Shown here piece after piece: positions 1 through 12,587 of a stretch of DNA of 64,000 nt; the first letter of the stretch is position 1, and the number at the start of each line of letters is the position of its first letter. A program made the position numbers and the translations under genes. The stretch covers positions 62,001-126,000 of the forward strand of contig JAGIQG010000048.1 in assembly GCA_024679065.1 (NCBI GenBank), read 5' to 3'. Below the pieces are notes generated by a model, which was not told where the DNA came from, ran no database searches, and saw only the letters and a list, made by a program, of their open reading frames with translations. The DNA is from Sphyrna mokarran. Its lineage: Eukaryota.

Positions 1-31
1 CACATTCCCTGGGCTGTGTCATACAATAACC
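1..31 (-). other. JH recombination signal of the minus-strand cluster (nonamer plus 22 of 23 spacer bases; heptamer and JH lie outside the window)
   Basis: 1-31 is the exact reverse complement of 39382-39412 (GGTTATTGT plus spacer of the + cluster JH RSS); nonamer ACAATAACC at 23-31. Confidence 0.92.
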
Positions 32-384
32 GTCTCTGCACTAAATAGACACGCAAGCACCATTATTTTAAATATCCACAAACCCAAGGAAAAACAAAGT
101 CATTTAATGTTCAGTAAATTATAATTTTGGATTTCTGGATACCATTTGATATTTATAAATGACCCTAATGTTTTATATTTCACAGTAATTCATGAACGTG
201 TTATCGAAAACACCAATTAATAATTGAGTAATTATCAAGATTTTCCATGTTTATTTTTCTCAGGTGGTCTGTGCTGGATATAAATAATACTGTCCTGTGA
301 TTAAAGCTGGAATTTAAAAGTGACACTGATCCAGCTTCAATCAATCAGTGCTGAGGGGGTTTTGTATTGACAGTAACTGCTGTG

Positions 385-397
385 CTATTCCAGCTAT
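385..397 (-). other. IGHD: IgH diversity segment D2 of the minus cluster (ATAGCTGGAATAG), flanked by two 12-spacer RSS (357-384 and 398-425)
   Basis: CACAGTG 398-404 + 12 nt + ACAAATACT 417-425; other side TGCTGTG 378-384 + 12 nt + GGGTTTTGT 357-365. Confidence 0.93.
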
Positions 398-755
398 CAC
401 AGTGAGACACAGCATGACAAATACTGAGACAGACTGTTCACTGTAAAATGCAGATAATTAATTTCACTGCAATTTCAAAAGCCTGTTTCCAGCTCGGTAA
501 GAGTGAGATATTTCAATTTTTACTGGTCATGATATTGATAAAGGGGAATTAGAAACTTTTACAGTATCTGTGCACATTCAGCGTGCAAAACAACAACAAT
601 AAGATTGAAGCATTTTACATCTTAAAACAAAAAACAATGCTGTTTCTACCCATTATTTTGTTGAACCCTCATTTAGTCTGGCATTCGGCAGTGGCATTGT
701 AAGCAATGTCCTTCTGAGGTTTTTGTATGAGGATGTCGTTTTTCACAGCACAGTG

Positions 756-772
756 ACCCACTGCTGTAGTAT
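756..772 (-). other. IGHD: IgH diversity segment D1 of the minus cluster (ATACTACAGCAGTGGGT), 5' 12-RSS (773-800) and 3' 22-RSS (718-755)
   Basis: CACAGTG 773-779 + 12 nt + ACAAAAACT 792-800; GGTTTTTGT 718-726 + 22 nt + CACAGTG 749-755. Confidence 0.94.
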
Positions 773-1126
773 CACAGTGACACACAGCCATACAAAAACT
801 GCATTCAGTCCTACTGTTCAATATTCACTTCAAATGGACCATTAGTTTTGCTCTAATGCGAAATGTTTCTATAACACAATCTCTCAGAAATATTAAGAAG
901 ACGAACATATTGGAGTGTCGTTCCTGCTGACACTCCAATGAATATAAAGTCGGTGAAAAGCTCACCAGTTATATCCGTGAGTTTGTGAAGTTTTACTGTG
1001 AAACGTTTTGTGTTACTTTATTTAAAGGCGATTATAGTTTGGTTCTGACCACAGTCGATCATATTGCATTTGAAGCAGACGATGACCTTCAGGTTACGGA
1101 GGAAGATGCTGAATTCCCTCTGCAGT

Positions 1127-1165
1127 TGTCCTTGTACAGTTCCAGCCCTGGTTCCTCTCGCTGTG
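1127..1165 (-). other. VH 23-spacer RSS (minus cluster)
   Basis: Reads CACAGCG-23 nt-ACAAGGACA on the minus strand directly after the YYCARD codons. Confidence 0.92.
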
Positions 1166-1470
1166 GTCTCTTGCACAGTAATAGATGGCGGTGTCTTCAA
1201 TACTTAGACGCGCCATCTCCAAAGAGAAGATGTTGTTTGAAGTGTCTTTGGACGCCGTAAATCGGCCCTGAATTACGGGGGCGTACGCGTTACTGGATGA
1301 ACTTTTGTAGCTAACCAGCCACTCCAGTCCCTGTCCGGGAACCTGCCGGATCCAGCCCATCCAATAGCTGCCAAGGTTAAAGCCGCTGGTTTTACAGGTC
1401 AGTTTCAGGGAGGCTCCGGGACGGCCGGTCTCTGCCTCTTTCTGGGTCAACACAACCTCCGACTGGACAC
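1166..1470 (-). CDS. IGHV: Ig heavy-chain variable exon (VH), minus cluster, germline and open
   Basis: [53 protein letters not shown]...[11 protein letters not shown] with canonical V-domain Cys/Trp/YYC; AG acceptor at 1472-1471. Confidence 0.97.
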
Positions 1471-1595
1471 CTGTAAATAAAAAATCAAAAATTCTAAGGG
1501 TTAATCCTGGTGGAATGATTCTGGAGCATTCCAGAGATAGACTAACATTGAGACAGTAAAATGAGAGTCTTGGACAATGAAAATAAACTACTCAC

Positions 1596-1641
1596 CGGAT
1601 AAGAAAGTCAGCAACAAACTGAGACAAATCGCCGACCTCAT
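1596..1641 (-). CDS. IGHV: VH leader exon, minus cluster (MRSAICLSLLLTFLS)
   Basis: ATG at 1641, hydrophobic signal peptide, phase-1 GTGAGT donor, 125-bp intron to the V exon. Confidence 0.93.
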
Positions 1642-1730
1642 CTTTCTGGTGATTTGGGGGAAATGGTTGTGTCAGGAACTCAGTGAACAAACCAGCTCCC
1701 GGGCTGTTGGATTGCGGTGCCGGTGAGCGG

Positions 1731-1740
1731 TATTTAAATA
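1731..1740 (-). promoter_or_regulatory. TATA-like box of the minus VH promoter
   Basis: TATTTAAATA about 90 bp upstream of the leader ATG, preceded by a GC-rich block. Confidence 0.65.
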
Positions 1741-2647
1741 GCCGGTAGAAGGGGACGGCTTTCCGGGCACCGCCTGTTGATTCCCGGCTGGAGGCGGCGC
1801 CTGGATCCACCTTCCACACCCCCAGATAGAATGGACTCCCCAGATTGACAAGAATTCATACTCAAATGGACATTTGATCTGTGTCGGGCTATTTGTTTGG
1901 CTGAATCTGTTCATGGATTATTCCTGATGGTGATATTACAATTCATCATTTATTTATTAAAATGACCAATTCCGTTGTAAATACGGTGATTTTATTACCC
2001 CGCCCACAACAAGAAAACAAATCGAAAAATGATGGAATCACATTTGGGGAAATTAGACAATTTTGCAACAATTCCGTGCCTCTGCCACATTGGGATAATA
2101 AAACACAATTTATCCGAAGAAATAGCGTCGATTTCTGGAACTAAATGTGTGGAATATACAAAGTGATTGTATTTCCAGTGTGGATTCGGGTTTGAAGATG
2201 AGAAACAGCTCACACAGTATTTTCCTTGTATTTTTTTTCAAACTGTCCCAATCTGGAAGACAGCCCTCTGAAAATAATATGAATTCCTGAGAATTATATA
2301 ATTAATTGACAGAGAAACATAACATTAAATTGATTTTTGACTGAGAAGTGAATGAATTGGAATGCACACGAAGATCATTAAAGTTCTCCTTCAGCATCCA
2401 AATCATTGCAGCTCATTCTTTTGGCCACCGGCTGTCTAACATTCGCTGGTATCAGGAACACACATTGTACATTGCACAATGTCACAAGAATAAATGTTTT
2501 ATCTTCCATTCAAGCAGCTTATGAAATGATCATTTCTCCACTCATTGGCAACTACGAGAGGAACTCTTTAATAACAGAAATCAGCTTATACTGTACAATA
2601 AAACACGGTGCAAATCAGCTACAGGAGATGCTGCTGTTTTAATAGGG

Positions 2648-2929
2648 GTCATGATGTAAAGATGCCAGCGTTGGATTGGGGTAGTAAGAACTCAGTAAGA
2701 ATTTAGCAACACCAATTATTAATCCAACCGATTTATTTGATACTAAATCCGCGAGCTTTCAACACTCTTGTGTCTTCCTCAGGCAAGTGCAGTGTTCTGG
2801 TGTGTTCTGCAGTGTTCTGACCAGAACACTGCACTTGCCTGAGGAAGACACAAGAGTGTTGAAAGCTCGCGGATTTACTATCAAATAAATTGGTTGGATT
2901 AATAATTGGTGTTGCTAAATTCTTACTGA
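2648..2929. mobile_element. Penelope-like terminal-repeat insertion forming a hairpin (arms 2689-2801 / 2820-2932), with a 12-bp flanking direct repeat
   Basis: 113-bp inverted arms with 2 mismatches; GTTTTAATAGGG at 2636-2647 and 2930-2941; each arm carries CTGAGGA-stem-GAAAGCTC followed by AATAAA. Confidence 0.7.
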
Positions 2930-5900
2930 GTTTTAATAGGGTGCAGAACTTTCACAATATTACAGGAATCGCCGTTGTTCATGTCAGTTTTATGTTGCTG
3001 GTTTAATATTTCAATTCACTGGGGAACTGTTACCATCAACATCTCTCTCTCTCTCATTTCATGATGTGGTTAATACACATTAATTAATAGAATGAAATTT
3101 ACTTGGAAACTATACAATTGGAAAAAAAAGGTGACTTTATTGTTTTGTAATACTATTTACTCACATAACGAACAGGGCATTGAATGAAAATGCTTGATTA
3201 GAATGATTACCATTTTCTTGAGGGAATGAAACATTTATTATTAAAATGTCTGAATCCGGTTTTGTCCATTCAGGTTCACGCTAATCTGTGCCACGCAGTA
3301 TTTGGCAGCAATCCAGGCTGCTTTCAGATACTCAGTTATTGACAGGAAGCATCTGGGAGGGTTTGTGCAGTAGATCAAAGATCTGTTTCCTCAGTACTGA
3401 CCGCTTGGCTGCAAGTCAACTTGAAACTCTTCACGTTGTCAGTGTGGACTATTTATAAACAAATCTACCCAGCAACAGTGCGGGGGGGCACTTGAATTTT
3501 TGGAAGTTATAAATCTAGATGATGTGTTGCCATCTCTAAAGAAGGGATTAATATACACCTTCTTTGGCACCTTATTAATAACAGTGATGATTTATACATG
3601 AGGAGATTGTGATGGACGGATAGAAAGAATCACAGGCAGATGGAAAAGTGGCTCACAGAGAGCTTATATGTTGTTATATTTGAGCATGCACATTTATATT
3701 TTATTTCCTTTTATCTTTCCCTCGGATGTTTGGTTGGAAAGACCGACACTTTTTGCCTTTCCCAAATTCCCCTAAATTGATTGTTTTTCTGGGACACTTT
3801 CGAAGATATTAAAGAGTTAGCTATTTCACTCTCAGCCTGGATTTACATCCTTGTGAGGGAATGTAAGCAATGGCAGATTTCCTCCATTGGGGAATAAGGG
3901 GGAGGTTCTAGTCCACATTTATCAATAGAATTCAAAATCTACCTGCGGGAATGGCCCGACTTAAATCCCTGTCCTCACATCATTGGCCTGGGCCTCTGGA
4001 TCACCGGATCAATTAAATTAATATCATGTCACCGTCGACACAGACAATATATGTGTGACTGTGTTGACGCAGGAAGGAATGATATTTGAATGCCCCATGG
4101 ATAAATGCCTGTTGGATGCCTGAATATTTTGATTGAGGAAATATTGATCGATGGTACTGAATGATGCTGTTCTACATTTCCATGTTTGTGTTTGACTGCT
4201 TCATAAATTGAAAGAACTCCTTCATTCAATTTGTGTCCGTCTAATGCTTTCACTCCTTCCAGAGTGTCTGGGTGAAATCCATCCCGAGTTTCTCGGGAGT
4301 TTGCAAGCTGATCCTCACGAAGAGAAGGAGGAGATGGTCCTGGGGCTCAGATGGTTCATTTCTCTGCTGATGTTGAATCTTCGTATCCAAGACAGGAAGA
4401 AGGAGCATCATGTAGTTGAGGAGGGATGACTGTACTGTACAAAATACTGACTCTTTCATCGAATCAATCAACATACCCTCACCCAAATTAGTGAAGGCAA
4501 CAGGGCGAAAAGTAAATACGGCAACAACGGAAATATTTGTGAAACTCACTGGCCAACTACAGGTGTGACATTACTTCCCAAAACAGTGAAATAATGAATC
4601 GGAATTTAAAGATTCGGTAACTTCACATGAGGTACAGGTGACTCCATTTATATCATCACTTTGAAACCCACCCAGCTTTGTATCAGTACTTTCTGTGTGA
4701 TGATGAGGTGCTGACTTGTCAATGAAGTGCAGAGGCTGCTGGTTCATTCTCCTCCATCTGAATTAATTCCATTCCCCACTGAATTCTGGGACGGATTTTA
4801 TTCCTTGGTGGCAAAAAAGCCAATATATTGTCTATAAGTTTTAATACCAATAAATGATACGAAGCAAAGTGCAATTATACAGAAGGAAATACTGAAAATG
4901 AACAGAAAATACTGGATTATCTCAATAACATCTGTGGAGGCAGAACAGATCCTTTGTTTCAAATCTGGATGACGCTTCGGCAGAGAATTCCTGATGCTTT
5001 GGAGACACAATCATTGTGTCAGAAAAGCCAGATAAATTTCTGTGAGATGGGAATAACAGAAATAGTAGATACTATTTCAGACAAACACAAGCTGCATCAA
5101 TTCACAGAGTGATCCCAAATATCAGAACAAATTTCTTCATCCTAACCTAATCAACAACTCAATCACGAACTATATCCTTAAAAAAATCCTAATCCCTATC
5201 CACTCACATCATTTCTCAATTTCATTACTCTCTTCAATTTCCTCCAAATAAAAAAAATCTCACTGACTGGAAACTTTGGTTCTATTCTCTCTCCACAGAT
5301 GCTATCAGACCCGTTGAGATTTTCCAACATTCATTATTTTTGTTTGAGTTTCCAGAATCTGCAGTATTTTGCTTTGATCAAACTGATGAACATAATTGGT
5401 GATCTAATTGTATGAATTGATGATAACTGGAGAATTGGAACAACCTCGCTTATAAATTCCTCTCCAAGATACTCACAAGCCCCACTTGGACCAATCCTTT
5501 ACTAACGCTGCCTCGGAATCCGGGGGAATCCTCCCTAAGAGCACTGTCGGTGTACCTACACTGCAGGTTCTGCAGCAATTGAATAAGGCGGCTCCCCACC
5601 AGCTTGCCGAATGCAGCTGGCAATGGGGAATAAGTGGGGGCCTCGACAACATCGCCTTCCGACTTTAAAGTCATTTTAAATATACTCCTCTTTGTGTATG
5701 AATGAGAGCTGATGAATGAAATGATTAAATTGCAAACAGATTGTAATTGGTGAAAAGAATTACTCTCTTTCTGAACTTTATTTTGACATTCTCCTTATTT
5801 GCTCCAGGATCATTAATTACTCGGCGCTGTCTCAGTTCATGCTAAGAAGTTCCTATATCAGTAAAACTGTGTGTGTGAGACACTGTCTCAGTTTTATTCC

Positions 5901-8061
5901 CCTTGGCATTGTCATTTTTCAATATGTTTCATTCACGGGATCTGGGTGTCATTGGGATTTGACATTTGACCACCCCCCACTCGGCACTAACTCACTTCTA
6001 TTTTCTTGTATCAGGCCCCCGTTTATATTAAAATAAGTCTGGCTCTGTTAATACTCTGCTGGACCAGAGCTCAGTTTACATTGCACACGGCATTCTCTCT
6101 GGTTATGTATACTTGATACTGACCCTGTATTTCTCTCACTAGACGGGGTCAATTTAGTTCCTGCACTTAACTACGCCTCTCTTTGAATTATGTTGGTTTT
6201 ACTCCACTGTTTTGTGAGAAAAACAAATCATATGTTGGGATAAAAAAGATTGCTATCAGGCAAGATGCAGAACCAGGCATATTGGTTCACCAGTATTTTA
6301 TTGTGCTGTATTTTGCTTTTCTTTTGTTTTTCATTGACAGTGCACAAGACTTGATATCCATTTTCAATGCAGTCAGCAGAAGTAGATTTCAGATATCGCT
6401 TCTTCTTTTCCCCTGTTCAAAACCTGATAGAGTTTGCATTTGTAGAAGGATGCAGAGATTTGTGTTCTGCCAGCTAGTTTCATCATTACTGCCCTTGACC
6501 AGTGCAATAAAAACTGAGCCCATGTCCCAATGCAATAAAAACATGGAGACGGTCAATTACAGAAGTAAAACTGCATCTAGTTTGATACAAACAGAGACAG
6601 ATCTAAAATAATATAAACACAATTAACATCTAGTTTAATATAAACAGAAACATAAACCAGAACAGTGTCTAATTTAGTACAGATAATACATCCAATTTAC
6701 TGTGTGTAGAGACTTAAAATTCTACGTGCAAGATAAAAAGGGTCTAGTGGATGTGGCTTATCATATAAGCTGACACAGGCTACATTTACTGTAATATAAA
6801 GAGACTGGTTCAATCCCCATGAAATTTGTAGAGACAGTTGACTGTCCCATTGAAAACTTACAGGACAGGAGTAACACGGGGTTAGCTGCGGAATTTCCCC
6901 TCTGCTCTGGCAAATGAATAACTCCCAAAGCAGGAATAGCATGATTTGGATGCAAAGTGAATCGCCTTCAATTCAAACATTCCAAGAACAGTCTACTGTC
7001 TATAAACAGAGTGAAACTCCGTCTACAAATCTGTTCAAACAATATTAAGGCAGAAAGGGCATGGACGCTCTTCTATGTAAAAACTCTCCTGCTCTCTCCC
7101 TTCAGAGATTCAGGAGGCAGGTTTCAATTAGCGTTAGGAATAGGGGAAAGAGCCGCCTGCACAGTTCCACAAAACACACCCAGGCCAGGTACGGCAGAGA
7201 TTAGATACGGATTAAATCTTCCTTGACAAAGATGCATCAAACGTCCATAAGCCAAATACAATGAGTTGAGATGCAGAGTAAATATTCCTCGACTCTGTCC
7301 GGTCAAATACTCCAAGGACAGGGACAGCACTGGCTAAATATAGGGAAAAGTTCCACATTGAATCCTTACCACCAGGTTAGACGCAGAAGAAAATGTATCA
7401 AGTATTTCAAGATCATGGATTTCTCAAGAGATCTGTTTGAGTAATTCTCAGTCATAGATTGCAATTTATTGAATTACATTATTTTAGAAGCCTGTAACTC
7501 TGGCTGAGAGAGGACATTGGGCTGACATGGACTTTATGCTGTGGAGTTAAGACAATGAACCATTTTGGAGAGACAGGACACAGACAGGAGAAAGACAGAG
7601 ATAGAGATGAAACACGGGGAGATTTACAGGAACACATTTGCTGTGTCATTACATTTAGGATCAGAGGGATTATTCCTTAATTCTGAACATAGGTATCATC
7701 ATGATGTTTTTTTCCTCACATAACTGATGAAGAAATGATGTTGAAAACAATCCTCACTGGAATCCGTTGATTGATTTGCATGGTTGTCTCTATTTCTGGG
7801 CTGTGTTGGTGGGGAAATATTTGCTGTGTTTTTATCAGTCAACAATCTAATTCGGAATTTCTATTTCTGTATTTATTTACATAAATACCTCAGTGTTTAC
7901 AATGAAATGTCCGTGACAACAAAACCAGATAAACCGTCACTTATTGATCAGTTTCAATTCAAAATTGTGGTTTATTTTAAGAATTTTAACGGTTGGTTCA
8001 AAATGAATCGAAACTTTTTGAACATTTATAACACCAGTTCTGATGTCACAATTAATTCATT

Positions 8062-8690
8062 TACCAGGCAACATCCTGGTAAACCTCCTCTGCACCCTCT
8101 CCAATGCCTCCACATCTTTCTTATAATGCGGGGACCAGAACTGCACACAATACTCCAAGTGCGGCCGCACTAGAGTTTTGTAGAGTTGCAACATGACATT
8201 GCGGCTCCGAAATTCAATCCCCCTACCAATAAAAGCTAAGACTCCATATGCCTTCTTAACAACCTTATCGACTTGACTGCCTTCTTTCAGGGATCTATGC
8301 ACATATACACCAAGATCCCTCTGTTCATCAACACTATTAAGAATCCACCATTAGCCCTATACTCTACACATTTATTATTCCTGCCAAAGTGCATTACCTC
8401 ACACTTTTCCACATTAAGCTCCATTTGCCACCTCTCGGCCCAGCTCTGCAACTTGTCCAAGTCACTCTGTAAACTAAAACACACCTCTTCACTATCTACC
8501 ACACCACCAACTTTAGTATCATCTGCAAATTTACTGATCCATCCCTCAATACCCTCATCCAGATCATTTATAAAAATTACAACAGCAGGGGCCCCAAAAC
8601 AGACCCCTGAGGCACACCACTTGTCACCGAACTCCACGATGAATATCTCCCATCAACCACCACCCTCTGTCTTCTATCTGCTAGCCAAAA
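8062..8690 (-). mobile_element. CR1 LINE reverse-transcriptase fragment (part of the fold-back duplicate)
   Basis: ORF fragments with [25 protein letters not shown] and [19 protein letters not shown]. Confidence 0.92.
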
Positions 8691-9339
8691 TTTGCCCGTA
8701 ATTATTTCCCATCCCAGTGTTGTATTGGGTTGGGGAAATCATCATTGTTACTAACAAGGTGCCAGAGAATCGGGATACCTTTCTTTTCCCAAGGAAATGG
8801 AAAGCATGCATCAGCTTTCCAGATTTAAAAAAAATCATTAAGTTAGCTCCAGTACTGTTACTAGGCAGATTTGTTCAGAAATAGGCTCCATTGACAATGC
8901 TGAGAGTTTGAAGTTGGATTGCAGCCAATCGCTCAGCACTGAGGAAACAGATTGTCGACTTACTGAACAAACAGCGTCGGATGCTTCCTGTAAATATCTT
9001 GGCGTATTTGGGAGCAAATTGGACTGGAGCCAAGTACTGCGTAGGACGGATTAACGTGGACATGTAGGGATAAAATGGGACTTAACCAGTCCCACAATAA
9101 ATACTTGATTCCCACAATAAAGACACGTTTTAAATGGTATTCACTCCAAGCAATATTTTCAGGGACTGTACTGTGATTAAACAGTAACAGAAATGGGTAA
9201 ATTGGATCGATCCATTTGTGTAGATCCATTTGGTGATCTAATTGAGGCGTATAAGATGATCAGAGGGTTAGATAGGGTGGATAGTGAGAGCATTTTTCCT
9301 CAGATGGAGAAAGCTAACACGAGGGGACATAGCTTTAAA

Positions 9340-9630
9340 TCATGTCACACTATCTGTAACCCCCACGACTTGCCTGGGTTAGCAAAAAACCTCACTTACT
9401 GTGCTGTCTGGAGACAGTACACATCTCTCTAATCTGTGCTCAGTGCTCCTTCCACTCACATTGTCAGCCACTTTAAGACTTGAATAGCAGGTGAGGTGTA
9501 AGGATTCACATTCTAATCAGCAATCTGTAACTGTCTATGCTGATATGTGTGCTATTGCAGACCAGAACACCTCATTCGCCTGATGAAGGCACAAACACCG
9601 AAAGCTAGCAAGTTTACTATGAAATAAATC
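9340..9630 (+). mobile_element. Penelope-like element 3' end with a hammerhead-like motif (9580-9607)
   Basis: Begins MSHYL* (mirror copy reads DLSFMSHYL*, like the C-terminus of vertebrate Penelope ORFs); CTGATGA...CCGAAAGCTA followed by AATAAA. Confidence 0.65.
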
Positions 9631-9649
9631 AGAATGACATTTATTTGGA

Positions 9650-10008
9650 AGTTAGAACATAGAACATTACAGCGCAGTACAGGCCCTTCGGCCCTCGATG
9701 TTGCGCCGACCAATGGAACCAATTTTATGACCCTCTATCCTAAAGTATTCCAATGCTATCCATCTGCCTATCCACTGACCATTTGAACGCCCTTAAACTT
9801 GGTGAGTCCACAACTGCTGTAGGCAGGGCATTCCATGCCCTTACCACCCTCTGAGTAAAGAACCCACCTGTAACATCTGTCCTAGAACTACCACCCCTTA
9901 ATTTAAAGCTATGTCCCCTCGTGTTAGCTTTCTCCATCCGAGGAAAAATGCTCTCACTATCCACCCTATCTAACCCTCTGATCATCTTATACACCTCAAT
10001 TAGATCAC
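9650..10008 (-). mobile_element. CR1 LINE 3' end
   Basis: GDLIEVYKMIRGLDRVD...TRGHSFKL...FFTQRVVRAWNALP; TTCTATG-type tail at about 9652-9667. Confidence 0.92.
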
Positions 10009-10549
10009 CAAATGGATCTACACAAATGGATCGATCCAATTTACCCATTTCTGTTACTGTTTAATCACAATACAGTCCCTGAAAATATTGCTTGGAGTGA
10101 ATACCATTTAAAACGTGTCTTTATTGTGGGAATCAAGTATTTATTGTGGGACTGGTTAAGTCCCATTTTATCCCTACATGTCCACGTTAATCCGTCCTAC
10201 GCAGTATTTGGCTCCAGTCCAATTTGCTCCCAAATACGCCAAGATATTTACAGGAAGCATCCGATGCTGTTTGTTCAGTAAGTCGAAAATCTGTTTCCTC
10301 AGTGCTGAGCGATTGGCTGCAATCCAACTTCAAACTCTCAGCATTGTCAATGGAGCCTATTTCTGAACAAATCTGCCTAGTAACAGTACTGGAGCTAACT
10401 TAATGATTTTTTTAAATCTGGAAAGCTGATGCATGCTTTCCATTTCCTTGGGAAAAGAAAGGTATCTCGATTCTCTGGCACCTTGTTAGTAACAATGATG
10501 ATTTCCCCAACCCAATACAACACTGGGATGGGAAATAATTACCGGCAAA

Positions 10550-11611
10550 TTTTGGCTAGCAGATAGAAGACAGAGGGTGGTGGTTGATGGGAGATATTCA
10601 TCGTGGAGTTCGGTGACAAGTGGTGTACCTCAGGGGTCTGTTTTGGGGCCCCTGCTGTTTGTAATTTTTTTAAATGATCTGGATGAGGGTATTGAAGGAT
10701 GGATTAGTAAATTTGCGGATGACACTAAAGTCGGAGGAGTGGTAGATAGTGAAGAGGGGTGTTATAGTTTGCAGAGAGACTTGGACAAGTTGCAGAGCTG
10801 GGCCGAGAGTTGGCAAATGGAGTTTAATGTGGAAAAGTGTGAGGTAATGCACTATGGCAGGAATAATAAATGTGTAGAGTATAGGACTAATGGTAGGATT
10901 CTTAGTAGTGTTGATGAACAGAGGGATTTTGGTGTGTATGTGCATAGATCCCTGAAAGTAAGCAGTCAAGTCGAGAAGGTTGTTAAGAAGGCATATGGAG
11001 TCTTAGCTTTTATTGGTAGGGGGACTGAATTTCGGAGCCGCAACGTCATGTTGCAACTGTACAAAACTCTAGTGCGGCCGCACTTGAGTATTGTGTGCAG
11101 TTCTGGTCCCCGCATTATAAGAAAGATGTGGAGGCATTGGAGAAGGTACAGAGGAGGTTTACCAGGATGTTGCCTGGTATGGAGGGCAGGTCTTATGAAG
11201 AGAGGCTGAGAGATTTGAGGTTGTTTCGTTAGAAAGAAGGCGGCTAAGAGGAGACCTTATTGAAACATATAAGATGATTAGAGGTTTAGATAGGGTGGAC
11301 AGTGATAGCATTTTCCCTAGGATGGAGAAAGCTAGCACGAGGGGACACAGCTTTAAATTAAGGGGTGATAGTTATAGGACGGATATCAGAGGTAGGTTCT
11401 TTACCCAAAGGGTGGTTCGGGAGTGGAATGCCCTGCCTGCCGCAGTTGTAGATGCGCCAAGTTTGGTGGCGTTTAAGAGGTTAGTTGATAAGTATATGGA
11501 AGAGAAGGGATTGGTTCAGTTTGGAGGGTCATTGCTTTTTATATTGGTCGGCGCAACATCGAAGGCTGAAGGGCCTGTTCTGTGCTGTAATGTTCTATGT
11601 TCTATGTTCTA
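10550..11611 (+). mobile_element. 5'-truncated CR1 LINE (RT C-terminal half, 3' UTR and tail), frameshifted
   Basis: [22 protein letters not shown], later FFTQRVVREWNALP; (TGTTCTA)3 tail at 11591-11611. Confidence 0.95.
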
Positions 11612-11865
11612 AATTGTGAGAGTTGATTCAGAGAGGTGATATATCTTATACTGTATAAACATTGTTGTGTTTTATTTCATTTTATTCTTCCAGGGGACGC
11701 GGGAGTCACTGGAAAGAACACCATTTGTTTCCTGTGCTAAATTCCTTTTCAGCTGAGTGGTGTGTGAGGGCATCTTAGAAGGCATTGTCTAGTTATGTAC
11801 ATGGCGGCCCATCTTGAGTTACAGCCCGCTGAGACATGTAGGGATGGCAGATTTCCTTCACTGGG

Positions 11866-12587
11866 GAATCAGGAGGTGGAGAGGGACCTGGGGATCCTTG
11901 TGCACAAATCACAAAAACCCAGTCTGCAGCTACAGCAGGTGATCAAGAAGGTGAATGGGATGGTGGCCTTTATTGCGAGGGGGATAGAATATAAAAGCAG
12001 GGAGGTCTTGCTGTAACTGTACAGGGCACTGGTGAGGCAGCAACTGGAGAACTGCGTGCAGTTTTGGTCCCCGCGTTTGTGTAAGGATATATTGGCCTTG
12101 GAGGGAGTACAGAGAACATTCACCAGGCTGATATCGGAGATGAGGGGGTTAGTTTATGAGGGGAGATTGAATAGACTGGGTCTGTACTCATTAGAGAAGG
12201 TTGAGGGGGGATCTTATAGAGACTTACAAGATAATGAAGGGGATGGATAGGGTAGAGGTAGAGAGATTCTTCCTGCTTAGAAAGGAAACCAGAATTCGAG
12301 GGCACAGCCTCAAAATAAGGGGGGGTGGTTTAGATCAGAGTTGAGGAAGGAACTTCTTCACTCAGAGGATGGTGAATCTGGAATTCTCTGCCTGCTAAAG
12401 TGGCAGAGGCTCCCTCGCTGAATATATTTAAGTCACGGGTAGATAGGTTTCTGATAGACAAGGGAATTACGGGGAGAAAGCAGGAAAGTGGAACTGATCC
12501 ACTTCAGATCAGCCATGATCTTATTGAATGGTGGGACAGGCTCGAGGGGCTGGATGGCCGACTCCTGCTCCTATTTCTGATGTTCTA
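11866..12587 (+). mobile_element. CR1 LINE 3' fragment (second subfamily)
   Basis: [32 protein letters not shown]; 3' UTR ending ACTCCTGCTCCTATTTC. Confidence 0.9.

Noticed and set aside
4208-4429. ORF containing SLLMLNLRIQD, 8/11 identical to VH FR3 [11 protein letters not shown] (mirror 34986-35207); possible VH relic
   Set aside because: No Cys, WxRQ or YYC and no RSS; opposite orientation to the neighbouring VH; a match this short is plausible by chance in six frames of 64 kb
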